Notes: generated by a model not told the origin, from the sequence alone. 64,000 nucleotides of DNA from Eledone cirrhosa (GCA_964016885.1 CAXHJY010001451.1:124001-188000), one strand, 5' to 3'. Numbered from the stretch's first letter, positions 1 to 15,690 are shown. A program made the numbers and translations.

Positions 1-193
1 TACGATGTCGTCTGCTAATATCAGTGAAATAAAAAATATAGATATTTTGACGATCTTTTGGCCCTGATTAGAGAAGATTATTGAACTTAGATGAAATAAA
101 TGGACAGCACTTGTGTATATTGAAACAGGATCAAAGTACAGCTAGGTGTGTATATAGTGGGTGTGTATATAGTGGGTGTGTATATATATATAT

Positions 194-224
<31 letters not shown>

Positions 225-444
225 GTGTGTGTGTGTTTATGTGTGTGTGTGTGTATACATATATATACAGGTATGTATATATACATGTATATATATGTGT
301 ATATATATATATATATATATACACACACATACATACAATCAGTGAGAGAGGTAGAGATAGAGAGGGGGGGGGGGGTAAAGAAAGATATATATATATACAG
401 AGACAGAGGGGGAGAGAGTTAGAGAAAGTTATATATATACAGAG

Positions 445-1440
445 AGAGAGATAAAGAGATAAAGCGAGAGAGGGGTAAAGTGAGGGCGAGAGAGATAAAG
501 AGATAAAGCGAGAGAGGGGTATAGAGAGAGGGGTAAAGTGAGATAGAGAGAGGGGTAAAGAGAGATAGAGAGAGGGGTAAAGAGAGATAGAGAGAGAGAT
601 AAAGCGAGAGAGGGGTAAAGCGAGATAGAGAGAGGGGTAAAGAGATAAAGAGAGCGAGAGAGAGATAAAGCGAGAGAGGGGTAAAGAGAGCGAGAGAGAG
701 ATAAAGAGATAAAGCGAGAGAGGGGTAAAGAGAGCGAGAGAGAGATAAAGAGAGAGAGGGGTAAAGCGAGATAGAGAGAGGGGTAAAGAGAGCGAGAGAG
801 AGATAAAGAGATAAAGCGAGAGAGGGGTAAAGCGAGACAGAGAGAGGGGTAAAGAGAGATAGAGAGAGGGGTAAAGAGAGACAGAGAGAGATAAAGAGAT
901 AAAGCGAGAGAGGGGTAAAGAGAGCGAGAGAGAGATAAAGAGATAAAGCGAGAGAGGGGTAAAGCGAGACAGAGAGAGGGGTAAAGAGAGAGAGCGAGAG
1001 AGAGATAAAGCGAGAGAGGGGTAAAGCGAGATAGAGAGAGGGGTAAAGAGAGCGAGAGAGAGATAAAGAGAGAGAGGGGTAAAGCGAGATAGAGAGAGGG
1101 GTAAAGAGAGCGAGAGAGAGATAAAGAGAGAGAGGGGTAAAGCGAGATAGAGAGAGGGGTAAAGAGAGAGAGCGAGAGAGAGATAAAGCGAGAGAGGGGT
1201 AAAGCGAGATAGAGAGAGGGGTAAAGAGAGCGAGAGAGAGATAAAGAGATAAAGCGAGAGAGGGATAAAGCGAGATAGAGAGAGGGGTAAAGAGAGAGAG
1301 CGAGAGAGAGATAAAGAGATAAAGCGAGAGAGGGGTAAAGCGAGATAGAGAGAGGGGTAAAGAGAGCGAGAGAGAGATAAAGAGATAAAGCGAGAGAGGG
1401 GTAAAGCGAGACAGAGAGAGGGGTAAAGAGAGATAAAGAG
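445..1440. repeat. Complex GA-rich microsatellite (GAGAGAGGGGTAAA / GAGATAAA); copy at 27745-28745
   Basis: Direct reading. Confidence 0.95.
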
Positions 1441-1642
1441 AAAGGTATGTATTTATGTTCCAATTTCTTGTTTCACTAATTGCAGTCGCCAGAATGCTCG
1501 GACACCGCCCTGAAAGGATCTTGGCCGATCACAGCCTTGCCCAGTGTTCGCCGTGTCAAGTTTAGTATATTTTATCAATCTCATCTTGTCCAACCGCTTT
1601 GTTACGAAACACAAACACAAACGTAAACATTAACACCCACAT

Positions 1643-3272
<1,630 letters not shown>

Positions 3273-3324
3273 TTTCTGAATTTGTTTAGCAAGATTCTTT
3301 ATCTGAAAACGTGTGTTGAAACCG

Positions 3325-3739
3325 ATATTGTAATACTTTGGGAGGGTCATGTTGCCAATAAGAAACACACGCACCAGTTTGCTTTCACTTCAATTTATTA
3401 TAAATTATATATAATATATATATATATATAGTTTACTATATATATATATAATATATATATTGTTATACTTTGGGAGGGTCATGTTGCCAAACAAGAAACA
3501 CATGCACCAGTTGATTTCACTTCAATTTATTATAAATTATATATATATATGTATATATATATATATTGTTATACTTTGGGAGGGTCATGTTGCCAATAAG
3601 AAACACACGCAACCAGTTGCTTTCACTTCAATTTATTATAAATTATATATATATCTATATATATATATTGTTATACTTTGGGAGGGTCATGTTGCCAATA
3701 AGAAACACACGCACCAGTTGCTTTCACTTCAATTTTATT

Positions 3740-3777
<38 letters not shown>

Positions 3778-3934
3778 TACTTTGGGAGGGGTCATGTTGC
3801 CTATAAGAAACACACGCACCAGTTGCTTTCACTACAATTTATTATAAATTATATATATATATATTGTTATACTTTGGTAGGGTCATGTTGCCAATAAGAA
3901 ACACACGCACCAGTTGCTTTCACTCCAATTTATT

Positions 3935-3965
<31 letters not shown>

Positions 3966-4410
3966 AGTTATACTTTGGGAGGGTCATGTTGCCAATAAGA
4001 AACACACGCACCAGTTGCTTTCACTCCAATTTATTATAAATTAAATTTATAAATTTCCGGTTGGTTGGTTGGTTGGTTCGACAACCAGACGGTTGTTCAT
4101 ATATTGTCAAAGTTCTTTCGTCACACATTCTGTGACCTCTTCAGTGACTGGGGATTCTTTTTTCTTTTCTTTTCTTCTCTTTTTTTTTGTGCCTCTCCTT
4201 TCTTCTGTCCTACGCCATCTTGTTTTTTGTGTGTGTTGTGTGCTTAGTTTGCGCATGTGTTACATCCGGGTGTCTGTGTGTGTTTATATTTGTGGAACCA
4301 ACCAACCAACCGGAAATTTATAAATTTAATTTATAATAAATTGGAGTGAAAGCAACTGGTGCATGTGTTTCTTATTGGCAACATGACCCTCCCAAAGTAT
4401 AACAATATAT
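3325..4410. mobile_element. Unclassified fold-back element: about 7 tandem 78-bp termini separated by (TA)n plus an inverted terminus; copies at 30622-31700, 19400-19470, 50967-51045, 51513-51832
   Basis: Unit TGTTATACTTTGGGAGGGTCATGTTGCCAATAAGAAACACACGCACCAGTTGCTTTCACTTCAATTTATTATAAATT; its reverse complement lies at 4325-4405. Confidence 0.7.
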
Positions 4411-4477
4411 ATATATATATATATATATGCATACATCGTTAAACATTTGTTTTCCTTTATATAATCTGTCTGTCTGT

Positions 4478-5155
4478 CTGGTGGATGAGGTTGAGAGGAC
4501 TGAGGACAGATGCCTTTCTCTCTGGACAACAACCCATTCCCTTCTTTAGGTACCACTTTAGAAGGAGAATCAGGGTGGAGAGAGAGAGAGAGGCACTGCA
4601 CCCCAGTAAATTTACTGAAAGGTGGGTGAATGTGGCAACAATGGCCCGAGTGATTGGGCCTTCTCTGTATATAAACCTGTAGGTTGAAGAAGAGAGCAAA
4701 AGGAAGAAAGGGGCACTTGCACAACTCCCTATTCGTCTATCTGTCTCTTTATCTATCTATCTGTCTTTCTCTCTGGACAACAACCCATTCCCTTCTTTAG
4801 GTACCACTTTAGAAGGAGAATCAGAGTGGAGAGAGAGAGGCACTGCACCCCAGTAAATTTACTGAAAGGTGGGTGAATGTGACAACAATGGCCCGAGTGA
4901 TTGGGCCTTCTCTGTATATAAACCTGTAGGTTGAAGAAGAGAGCAAAAGGAAGAAAGGGGCACTTGCACAACACGCTCCTGAAGTTGAGGGTTGTTCTAT
5001 CTACGGGGTATTAAACAACCCATTTGTGGTGCCTCCCCCTATTGGGGATTTCGATTGTTATAATTGTTTGTTTCAATATTTTTACACGACTGTATGTAAA
5101 ATCCCCGGCTTTTGTCCTTGTTTTGTCCACTTTTCTTGTGCGTCCTTGTGGCTAA
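4478..5155 (+). mobile_element. L1/Tx1-like LINE 3' fragment with internal ~250-bp duplication; copy at 31768-32445
   Basis: Translates WWMRLRGLRTDAFLSGQQPIPFFRYHFRRRIRVERE, homologous to the 21560-22192 fragment. Confidence 0.6.
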
Positions 5156-5894
5156 TAAAGAAATATATCTATCTGTCTATCTGTCTGTCTGTCTCTCATC
5201 CTCTCTCCATTTCTCTCTCTATATATATACATCCATGTATATATATATATATATATATATATACATGGTGGCTGCCAACTCGTTTTCGAGTACGGCCACT
5301 ACTTTATATCCATGTAGGAGAACCCCTACCGATGCGCTGAACAAGTGTGACTTTTTAGTCCAGCCAGCGACTTGAAAACTCTGGTACAAACACTACACTT
5401 GTGACAATTATTGACACATAGTGCTGGGCCCATGGTATCATGTGACGACAAGTGCAGAGAGATCTCCAGATATAAAGCAATGCCTGTGCCGTGAAGCTTT
5501 TATAGTGAGCAAAGGCACTGCACAAAGCCAGTCCCACTCTCTTAACCAAGATGATATTTACCAAAAAGAAGAACAAGTCAACATCATTGGATACCATCAG
5601 GGTTGCAGGTGTTATTTCAGAGTTTTCCTTCTCCTAGAATTCTGCCTTGACAAAGGCTAAGGGGTCATCTCTCCCAGTGATTTTGGATGGCCATTGACTC
5701 TTAAGAGCTCCTTTGACAGGTTTTGTTTTTAGTCCTGCAGGATGTCCAAAGTCACCCTCCTCACCAAGAAACCTTGGTGGGGTTGCCAGTTTAGTCGCCA
5801 ACGACCCGACCATGGGACAGGTTGTACTGGGATACATGTTACCAGTAGCACCAACTGGTGACCTGACCATATATATATATATATACACATATAT

Positions 5895-5929
<35 letters not shown>

Positions 5930-5962
5930 GCTATATATATATATATATATATACACATATAT

Positions 5963-6003
<41 letters not shown>

Positions 6004-6275
6004 TATACACATATACACATATATATATACACACATATATTTATATATATAGCTATACATTTTTCTTTCTTTTTCCAGTCATAAATACAGTCAACCCCAC
6101 CACGACCCAGCCAGTGTGTTTATACACACACACACACGCACACACATATATATATACATATATTTTATTTTTATTTTTATTTTTATTTTTTTCATTCGCA
6201 CCGTTTCCTCTCGCTATATGTCTCTCCACCACTCCCCTACACACCCTTTGAACTCTGTTCCCACACACTTCTCAC

Positions 6276-6304
6276 CTGAGGAAGGGCTTATGCCCGAAAC
6301 GTCG
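6276..6304 (+). ncRNA. Minimal/degenerate hammerhead-like motif; copy at 33566-33594
   Basis: CTGAGGA-A-GGGC-ttat-GCCC-GAAA-C-GTC; stem I poorly paired. Confidence 0.45.
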
Positions 6305-6395
6305 TTCCCCACCAACACCCCACTCTCCAAAGCGTGAAATTAATAAACATTCGTTGTACTGCCTCTCTGTTTTGTTCCTGTTCAAATTTTTCCAT

Positions 6396-6431
<36 letters not shown>

Positions 6432-7437
6432 TACACACATATATTTATATATATAGTTATACATTTTTCTCTCTTTTTCTAGTCATAAATACAGCCAACC
6501 CCACCACGACCAGCCAGTGTGTTTATACACACACACGCACACACACACACATATATACACATATATATATATATATATACACACATATCTAGAGAGATGA
6601 CAGAAGATGTTAACATTGAAGAGGTTACAATCCGACTGGCCAATGAGGACATCAGCCCCGCGCTTGTTATTGGCCCCGTAGAAACATACCAATGGCCAGC
6701 TTTTGTCCTCAGAAAAGCTAAGTAAGTATTTTTATTAAAATTCGTAACCCTTTAGCATTTAAACTGGCTGAAACCGGCCAGAGTTCTGTCACCTCTTTCT
6801 CTTCAAGCCTGCCTGTAACTGGCCACTCATACTGATATTAAGGTATTGTTCTTAAAAAAGTTGATATAAAAGACGCGATAATATTGCTTTATGCTGAACT
6901 CCATACCTTTTGTTGAGTTTTTTTTGGAATGTTTTGACTGCTGTTTCTTGTAAACACACATTCGTCTCATTCTGACATCACTAGCCCTGTTCTCCATGTG
7001 TGTTTATTATCTTAATTCCACACGAGGTGTAACTAGCCTGCTTTTAAATTCCCTGTTGGCCTATTTTGGCTGTGGGTCTTAGGTAACGTGTTGACCTCTA
7101 CTGATGAACGACTCCAACCGTGACTAACCGCATTGAAAAGTTTCGTGAAATAGTCTTTTTAAGACTATATAGTGCATCCAGAGTTGACATTGCACTCAGT
7201 GCTCCTGTGGAAACCCCTACATGGACACACTGGAAGAGGGAGACTGAGGTTAGCTGGACATGCTCACCGACATCCAGAGTTGACATTGCACTCAGTGCTC
7301 CTGTGGGAGCCCCTGCATTGACACACTGGAAGAGGGAGACTGAGGTTAGCTGGACATGCTCACCGACATCCAGAGTTGACATTGCACTCAGTGCTCCTGT
7401 GGGAGCCCCTGCATGGACACACTGGAAGAGGAAGACT

Positions 7438-7637
7438 NNNNNNNNNNNNNNNNNNNNNNNNNNNNNNNNNNNNNNNNNNNNNNNNNNNNNNNNNNNNNNN
7501 NNNNNNNNNNNNNNNNNNNNNNNNNNNNNNNNNNNNNNNNNNNNNNNNNNNNNNNNNNNNNNNNNNNNNNNNNNNNNNNNNNNNNNNNNNNNNNNNNNNN
7601 NNNNNNNNNNNNNNNNNNNNNNNNNNNNNNNNNNNNN
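7438..7637. other. Assembly gap (200 N)
   Basis: Run of N between a 90-bp and an 80-bp tandem array. Confidence 1.
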
Positions 7638-8280
7638 CACCCACACACCACAACTTATCCCTCTTATACACAGTTTCTCTCTCAACTCATCACATGTCCA
7701 TACCATCTCAGTCTCCTCTCCCACACACCACAACTTATCCCTCTTATACACAGTTTCTCTCTCAACTCATCACATGTCCATACCACCTCAGTCTCCTCTC
7801 CCACACACCACAACTTATCCCTCTTATACCCAGTTTCTCTCTCAACACATCACATGTCCATACCATCTCAGTCTCCTCTCCCACACACCACAACTTATCC
7901 CTCTTATACCCAGTTTCTCTCTCAACACATCACATGTCCATACCATCTCAGTCTCCTCTCCCACACACCACAACTTATCCCTCTTATACACAGTTTCTCT
8001 CTCAACACATCACATGTCCATACCACCTCAGTCTTCTCTCCCACACACCACAACTTATCCCTCTTATACACAGTTTCTCTCTCAACACATCACATGTCCA
8101 TACCACCTCAGTCTCCTCTCCTGCACACCACAACTTATCCCTCTTATACACAGTTTCTCTCTCAACACATCACATGTCCATACCATCTCAGTCTTCTCTC
8201 CCACACACCACAACTTATCCCTCTTATACACAGTTTCTCTCTCAACTCATCACATGACCATACCATCTCAGTCTTCTCTA
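7638..8280 (-). repeat. 80-bp tandem array (about 8 copies) derived from RTE family B RT tail
   Basis: Minus strand encodes LREKLCIRGISCGVWERRLRWYGHVM per unit. Confidence 0.9.
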
Positions 8281-8810
8281 AGTCTAAAGTCTGTCTTAAG
8301 CCAGAAGGATGTTAGGCCGGTACTTATCCTGGTTTCATGGTGTGAAGTGACTGAGAGTACAAGACTTCCCACTGGACAGGACACCAGTCCATCACAGGGT
8401 TATGTTAAGTCTAAAGTCTGTCTTAAGCCAGAAGGATGTTAGGCCGGTACTTATCCTGGTTTCAGGGTGTGAAGTGACTGAGAGGACAAGACTTCCTCCT
8501 GGACAGGACACCAGTCCATCACAGGGTTATGTTAAGTCTAAAGTCTGTCTTAAGCCAGAAGGATGTTAGGCCGGTAGTTATCCTGGTTTCATGGTGTGAA
8601 GTGACTGAGAGGACAAGACTTCCCCCTGGACAGGACACCAGTCCATCACAGGGTTAAACCCCCAGCTATTACTGGTACCCATTTTCAGCTGAGTATACTG
8701 GAGCAACGGGAAATGAAGTGTTTTGCTCAAGAACACAATACGTGGCCCAGGAATCAAACCCACGACATTCTGATCCTAAGTCCAACACATTTACCACTAG
8801 GGCACGGTCA
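8280..8810 (-). mobile_element. tRNA-derived SINE with 127-bp x3 duplication of its 3' part; relatives at 22380-22540, 38530-38680, 44200-44365
   Basis: Minus strand has A/B-box-like tagtggtaaa...ggtttgattcc followed by the shared cttgagcaa(a/g)acactt(c/t)atttc core. Confidence 0.7.
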
Positions 8811-8829
8811 TCTAAATAGTGTTAAGTTC

Positions 8830-9190
8830 AATACCTTGATAGCGGACCTGCTAAGGGTGATGAGAAACGTGTCCTACATGTGCGATCCAACAGAGCTAAA
8901 GAGACAAATACAACACTTGATTGACCCCATGTAGTTCTCTGGTTATAAGAAAGACAGGAGCAAGCTGTAGAAAGGGACCATGGCTAAATTCAAAACCATT
9001 ATGGAGAATATCAATGATGTTTGCTCCCTATTTAGGAGTAAATCATGGAATAATAGAGAAAGGACTAAGAAAAATATAGGGAAGGCCACCCCATGGTGTG
9101 ACAGCTAAAATACCAGTGTTATGTTTATTGCTGCTACCCCTGGAGGTGAACTAGTGTATCGTTTTAGGAGAGCCTTAGAAATAAATGAAT
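8830..9190 (+). pseudogene. Degenerate Penelope-like retroelement coding remnant
   Basis: Stop-containing translation LLRVMRN..M*FSGY..LFRSKSW..SVMFIAATPGGEL resembles the PLE RT thumb/linker (recalled similarity). Confidence 0.45.
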
Positions 9191-9201
9191 CTTAAGATTA
9201 A

Positions 9202-11988
9202 CCCTTTAACATTTACATTACTCTATATATACTATTGTATTGTCACAGTAAAGGCTTTACCTCACATAATACCTCACATAACATTTACATTACTCTATAT
9301 ATACTATTGTATTGTCACAGTAAAGGCTTTACCTCACATAATACCTCACATAACATTTACATTACTCTATATATACTATTGTATTGTCACAGTAAAGGCT
9401 TTACCTCACATAATACCTCACATAACATTTACATTACTCTATATATACTATTGTATTGTCACAGTAAAGGCTTTACCTCACATAATATCTCACATCACAT
9501 TTACATTACTCTATATATACTATTGTATTGTCACAGTAGAGGCTTTACCTCACATAATATCTCACATCACATTTACATTACTCTATATATACTATTGTAT
9601 TGTCACAGTAAAGGCTTTACCTCACATAATACCTCACATAACATTTACATTACTCTATATATACTATTGTATTTTCACAGTAAAGGCTTTACTTCACATA
9701 ATATCTCCCATAACATTTACATTACTCTATATATACTATTGTATTGTCACAGTAAAGGCTTTACCTCACATAATATCTCACATAACATTTACATTACTCT
9801 ATATATACTATTGTATTGTCACAGTAAAGGCTTTACCTCACATAATACCTCACATAACATTTACATTACTCTATATATACTATTGTATTGTCACAGTAAA
9901 GGCTTTACCTCACATAATACCTCACATAACATTTACATTACTCTATATATACTATTGTATTGTCACAGTAAAGGCTTTACCTCACATAATATCTCACATA
10001 ACATTTACATTACTCTATATATACTATTGTATTGTCACAGTAAAGGCTTTACCTCACATAATACCTCACATAACATTTACATTACTCTATATATACTATT
10101 GTATTGTCACAGTAAAGGCTTTACCTCACATAATATCTCACATAACATTTACATTACTCTATATATACTATTGTATTGTCACAGTAAAGGCTTTACCTCA
10201 CATAATACCTCACATAACATTTACATTACTCTATATATACTATTGTATTGTCACAGTAAAGGCTTTACCTCGCATAATATCTCACATCACATTTACATTA
10301 CTCTATATATACTATTGTATTTTCACAGTAAAGGCTTTACCTCACATAATACCTCACATAACATTTACATTACTCTATATATACTATTGTATTGTCACAG
10401 TAAAGGCTTTACCTCACATAATATCTCGCATAACATTTACATTACTCTATATATACTATTGTATTGTCACAGTAAAGGCTTTACCTCACATATTATCTCA
10501 CATAACATTTACATTACTCTATATATACTATTGTATTTTCACAGTAAAGGCTTTACCTCACATAATATCTCACATAACATTTACATTACTCTATATATAC
10601 TATTGTATTTTCACAGTAAATGCTTTACCTCACATAATATCTCACAACATTTACATTACTCTATATATACTATTGTATTGTCACAGTAAAGGCTTTACCT
10701 CACATAATATCTCACAACATTTACATTACTCTATATATACTATTGTATTGTCACAGTAAAGGCTTTACCTTACATAATATCTCACATAACATTTACATTA
10801 CTCTATATATACTATTGTATTGTCACAGTAAAGGCTTTACCTCACATAATATCTCACATAGCATTTACATTACTCTATATATACTATTATATTGTCACAG
10901 TAAAGGCTTTACCTCACATAATATCTCACATAACATTTACATTACTCTATATATACTATTGTATTGTCACAGTAAAGGCTTTACCTCACATATTATCTCA
11001 CATAACATTTACATTACTCTATATATACTATTGTATTTTCACAGTAAAGGCTTTACCTCACATAATATCTCACATAACATTTACATTACTCTATATATAC
11101 TATTGTATTTTCACAGTAAATGCTTTACCTCACATAATATCTCACAACATTTACATTACTCTATATATACTATTGTATTGTCACAGTAAAGGCTTTACCT
11201 CACATAATATCTCACAACATTTACATTACTCTATATATACTATTGTATTGTCACAGTAAAGGCTTTACCTTACATAATATCTCACATAACATTTACATTA
11301 CTCTATATATACTATTGTATTGTCACAGTAAAGGCTTTACCTCACATAATATCTCACATAGCATTTACATTACTCTATATATACTATTATATTGTCACAG
11401 TAAAGGCTTTACCTCACATAATATCTCACATAACATTTACATTACTCTATATATACTATTGTATTGTCACAGTAAAGGCTTTACCTCACATAACATTTAC
11501 ATTACTCTATATATACTATTGTATTGTCACAGTAAAGGCTTTACCTCACATAATATCTCACAACATTTACATTACTCTATGTATACTATTGTATTGTCAC
11601 AGTAAAGGCTTTACCTCACATAATATCTCACATAACATTTACATTACTCTATATATACTATTGTATTGTCACAGTAAAGGCTTTACCTCACATAATATCT
11701 CACATAACATTTACATTACTCTATATATACTATTGTATTGTCACAGTAAAGGCTTTACCTCACATAATATCTCACATAACATTTACATTACTCTATATAT
11801 ACTATTGTATTGTCACAGTAAAGGCTTTACCTCACATAATATCTCACATAATATCAAATCTATGAGATTTTGATATTTGTTTTGAGGACAATACCTTAAC
11901 ATCAGTATGAGTGGCTGGTTATGGCCGGTTTGAACAGAAAGAGGTGAGAGACTTCTGGCCAGATACAGCTGGTTTAAATGCTAAAGGG
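9202..11988. mobile_element. piggyBac-type MITE carrying a 72-bp satellite
   Basis: TTAA at 9198-9201 and 11989-11992; TIRs CCCTTTAACATTTA / TAAATGCTAAAGGG (13/14 match); the right end recurs inverted at 6748-6858 and 34038-34148. Confidence 0.8.
9209..11850. repeat. 72-bp minisatellite, about 37 copies
   Basis: Unit ACATTTACATTACTCTATATATACTATTGTATTGTCACAGTAAAGGCTTTACCTCACATAATA(C/T)CTCACATA. Confidence 0.97.
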
Positions 11989-12475
11989 TTAAAGTAGCAG
12001 AAAAACCAGGAGCTTCTATAAATTCCTGGAATTACAGTGAAGTCATTTTCACTGCCCTTCCCAACACACACACACACACATAGAGCGAGAGAGCTATATG
12101 CATAAACACACCTTTGCTAGCTTCTGTACAGTCATACACTCACTAACACATATCCGGAACTTCAGATGGATAGAAATATGTATGTCTGTATAAATATAAC
12201 ACAAGGGAGACAATTCCATATTTGCAATATCATGGTTATCTCCCTTGAAAATGTATTTTAAGGTTAAAATTTATAGAACGTTTTTTTTTTTCTTTTACCG
12301 GTTTCGGTTATGAAGCTGTGGCCATGCTGGGGCACAGCCTTAAACGGGATTTAGTTGGTCATATCATGTACCTCACTACTTACTTATCGATCTCTTTATT
12401 GTACCGCTAAGTCACGGAACATGGACTCAGCCGAATACATTTATGTGTGTGTGAGTCTATATATATATATATATA

Positions 12476-13483
12476 ACGAAGGAAATGTGGTAAGGAACCA
12501 GGTGGACCATACTCAATACTTAGGGTAATAGGAACGAGTAGGACCCCGACGGCTGAGCTCAAGCCGTTTCGACGGCTAATTCTGGATTAAACGAAAATGT
12601 TTATCCTGGTATATGAATAGCCGAGCTTCCATATATGGTAAAAGTGATTGTCACAAGGATTGGTCAAAAGTTTGTTGTTGAGACACATAATTCTATCATG
12701 GCAATTTGTGGAAGGAAGGGGTAGCTGAACTTGCCAGTAGAAGAAAGAGGGAGAGGGGATGGAGGAAACCCAGTCGTGTGTTGTTGATAGTGTCAACTAC
12801 AGCAGGGCAGGAGGTCAAGCAAGTATACTAGGGAGGGGGGGGGCAGTCGAAACAATAAGTAAATCAATATGGAGTAAATATATAGAATACCAAGAATGTT
12901 AAAAATATAAAAAAGCAATTTCTGGTTACTATTCCCTAACGACAGTCATCAAGTCTCTCACTGGTACTGCTAGACTATAGAAAAGTTTACTAGGTGGGAC
13001 GAAACAAAAAAATAAATGCTGATATACGAGAAATTAAAGCAGAGATACCACTAAGAAATGTAGAAAGCACGGAAATGGGGCAGCAATCGGTTAAGAAAGC
13101 AAGTATCTGGGGTCTATCACATCTGCTATAAAAAGTGGAGTCGGCCAATTCTATCATAGAATAGGGGATGGGGTGGGGGGTACTGAGACTGCAAAGGACC
13201 GAGGGGCTGCCTCGGGTGGGCGAGAAAATGAAAAGGACGACGACAAAGAAGGAGGACTGGGGAGGAAGGACTAGGAAGGGATGGGGGGGGGGGGGGAGAA
13301 GGAAATATAGAGGAAACGATAAAAAGATATAAAAGAAGATCTTACGTCTACCTTTGCAAGCAGGGGTTACCCATTACAAAGTCGGCAAGTGGGGGGTTAC
13401 AGCCCTTGTCTATTTTCATTTACTCTAGAATTAGCCGTCGAAACGGCTTGAGCTCAGCCGTCGGGGTCCTACTCGTTCCTATA
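12476..13483. mobile_element. Penelope-like fragment with inverted termini carrying a hammerhead 3' half; family also at 26041-26240, 27094-27260, 51283-51500
   Basis: TAGCCGTC-GAAA-CGGCTtgagctcAGCCG-TC-GGGGTC present in opposite orientations at both ends, flanked by (TA)n. Confidence 0.6.
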
Positions 13484-13593
13484 CACACATATATATATAT
13501 GTGTGTGTGTGTGTGCAGGCATTGCTTGTTGAGGGTATGTTACAGGTCTGTGTGACTAGCCGTAGCCTAAGTCTGTATCTGACAAGCGATACA

Positions 13594-14954
13594 GGACTTC
13601 CTGTGTTTGGGAGCAAAGATTGGGAATACGGAAGATGATGTGGTTGAGAGGAAGAGCAAAGCCTGGGCGGCGTGCCACAGCTTGAGATCGGTGTGGAAGT
13701 CGGACCTTCGTAAAGACCTGAAAATCCGCCTCTTCATTGCTGTAGTGGAGTCTGTGCTGCTGTACGGGTCTGAGACTTGGACACTGACCAAGAAACTCAC
13801 TCAGATGGTGGATGGGTGCTACACGAGAATGCTGAGGATGGCTCTGAACATTAATTAGTATACACTGAGGATGAAGAACTCAGAGCTGTATGGGAGCCTC
13901 CCAAAAGTCAGCTCAAAGGTGACACAGAGGAGATTGAGGTTAGCTGGACATGCTCACCGACATCCAGAGTTGACACTGCACTTAGTGCTCCCGTGGGGCA
14001 CCCCTGCATGGACACACTGGAAGAGGGAGACTGAGGTTAGCTGGACATGCTCACCGACATCCAGAGTTGACACTGCACTCAGTGCTCCTGTGGGAGCCCC
14101 TACATGGACACACTGGAAGAGGAAGACTGAGGTTAGCTGGACATGCTCACCGACATCCAGAGTTGACACTGCACTTAGTGCTCCCGTGGGGCACCCCTGC
14201 ATGGACACACTGGAAGAGGGAGACTGAGGTTAGCTGGACATGCTCACCGACATCCAGAGTTGACACTGCACTCAGTGCTCCTGTGAGAGCCCCTACATGG
14301 ACACACTAGAAGAGGAAGACTGAGGTTAGCTGGACATGCTCACCGACATCCAGAGTTGACACTGCACTCAGTGCTCCTGTGAGAGCCCCTACATGGACAC
14401 ACTGGAAGAGGAAGACTGAGGTTAGCTGGACATGCTCACCGACATCCAGAGTTGACACTGCACTCAGTGCTCCTGTGGGGAGCCCCTGCATGGACACACT
14501 GGAAGAGGGAGACTGAGGTTAGCTGGACATGCTCACCGACATCCAGAGTTGACATTGCACTCAGTGCTCCTGTGGGAGCCCCTACATGGACACACTGGAA
14601 GAGGGAGACTGAGGTTAGCTGGACATGCTCACCGACATCCAGAGTTGACATTGCACTCAGTGCTCCTGTGGGAGCCCCTACATGGACACACTGGACGAGG
14701 GAGACTGAGGTTAGCTGGACATGCTCACCGACATCCAGAGTTGACACTGCACTCAGTGCTCCTGTGGGAGCCCCTACATGGACACACTAGAAGAGGGAGA
14801 CTGAGGTTATATATACAGCTCCAACGTAGCGCAGAGGAAGACTGAGGTTAGCTGGACATGCTCACCGACATCCAGAGTTGACACTGCACTCAGTGCTCCT
14901 GTGGGAGCCCCTACATGGACACACTGGAAGAGGGAGACCGAGGATATGTATGTG

Positions 14955-14986
<32 letters not shown>

Positions 14987-15215
14987 TATACACAGCTCAA
15001 AAGTAACACAGGGGAGACTGAAGTTAGCTGGACATACTCACAGACATCTAGAGTTGACACTGCACTCAGTGCTCCTGGGTGAGCCCCTACACAGACACAC
15101 TAGAAGAGGGATACCAAGGTTGAACTATATGGATGCCCTAAAGAGAGACACAGGTCTCTGGAAGCGATGATTAAGGACAGAGATCTCGTCCATGGATCTC
15201 GGTAATTTTACCCGT

Positions 15216-15217
<2 letters not shown>
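13594..15217 (+). mobile_element. RTE-clade LINE family A 3' fragment with 90-bp internal tandem array (about 11 copies, 13925-14945)
   Basis: KIRLFIAVVESVLLYGSETWTLT...RRLRLAGH RT C-terminus, one in-frame stop; repeated unit RLRLAGHAHRHPELTLHSVLLWEPLHGHT(R/G)RG. Confidence 0.9.
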
Positions 15218-15261
<44 letters not shown>

Positions 15262-15270
<9 letters not shown>

Positions 15271-15690
15271 TCAGCGAGAGTCTGTGTGTGTGTTTGAATC
15301 CCTAAAACTCGAGAAGCACCCAACCGACGTTTTTCAAAAACTTTACATGTGTATTACTTATGTTTCAGGGAGTGTTATGCACATAAAAAAATTCAACTTT
15401 TTGATCCCTAGGGCCCGCATTAGGTGAAAAACGCGGGGTTTTTTCCAGGTTTTTAGGGGTTTTTGAGGCGTTACGTCAGACTGATTTCCTTGAAATTGTA
15501 ACTATGTATTAGTCAGTCTCTTCTTCATACCGTGAGCAAAGAAAATCCAACTTTTTGGGGGCCTAGGGCCCGCATTAGGTGAAAAACACTTCATTTTTTT
15601 AACTTTTTAGGGCTTTTTTGAGGCGTTACCTCTAGCCGATTTTCCCGAAATATCAAGGCATATTACGCACATAAAAAAAATTCATTTTCT
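15262..15690 (+). mobile_element. Possible non-autonomous Helitron/HINE-like element with internal ~140-bp duplication
   Basis: tatataaa..tctgtgtgtg..aactcgagaagcacccaaccgac 5' pattern; ctagggcccgcattaggtgaaaaac occurs twice. Confidence 0.35.

Noticed and set aside
5265-5868. Coding exons or an RTE 5' UTR on the minus strand
   Set aside because: Short ORFs with no recognisable motif or splice chain; family cannot be assigned by eye
9185-10759. 524-aa hydrophobic repeat ORF
   Set aside because: Reading of the 72-bp satellite inside a MITE; frame broken by indels
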